A stretch of 64,000 bases of DNA, from the sequence record KM606994. The stretch is one strand, 5' to 3'. How positions within the stretch are numbered: the first letter of the stretch is position 1; every line of letters begins with the position of its first letter. Origin of the DNA: Escherichia phage RB3. The position numbers and the translations under genes are program-made. Below are positions 63,990 to 64,000 of the stretch, piece after piece. Below the pieces are notes generated by a model that did not search any database, was not told where the DNA came from, and was given only the letters and a program-made list of their open reading frames with translations.

Positions 63990-64000
63990 AATTTTCCTTA

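Overview
This window reads as a contiguous ~64 kb segment of a T4-like (T-even, Tevenvirinae) coliphage genome, colinear with the T4 map from rnlB to rIIB; I found no convincing evidence of a wholly novel system in it. Gene order: rnlB(partial)-hoc-inh-segE-uvsW-uvsY-baseplate 25/26/51/27/28/29/48/54-two Alt-family ADP-ribosyltransferase genes-DNA ligase 30-30.x cluster-rIII-31-cd-pseT-spanins-alc-rnlA-denA-nrdB(intron with I-TevIII)-mobE-nrdA-td(intron with I-TevI)-frd-32-segG-59-33-dsbA-rnh-long tail fibre 34/35/36/37/38-t-asiA-arn-motA-52-ac-stp-ndd-denB-rIIB. All protein identifications rest on reading the ORF translations and recalling T4 protein lengths, motifs and gene order, not on a database search. 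It is not T4 itself: the nrdB intron carries a full-length HNH endonuclease ORF, gp37/gp38 are of the T2 adhesin type, and a ~0.4 kb segment with a 115-aa ORF sits between frd and td. The parts most worth a second look are the tandem Alt paralogs, the frd/td insertion, a NADAR-like and a DUF4326-like small protein, the mosaic fibre-tip cassette, and a cluster of tiny membrane-protein genes missed by the 60-aa ORF cutoff. No tRNA, rRNA, CRISPR array, integrase or transposase was seen. Several ORF-track starts are GTG/TTG and were moved to the nearest ATG with a Shine-Dalgarno; coordinates of features not in the ORF track were derived by hand and may be off by 1-2 nt.
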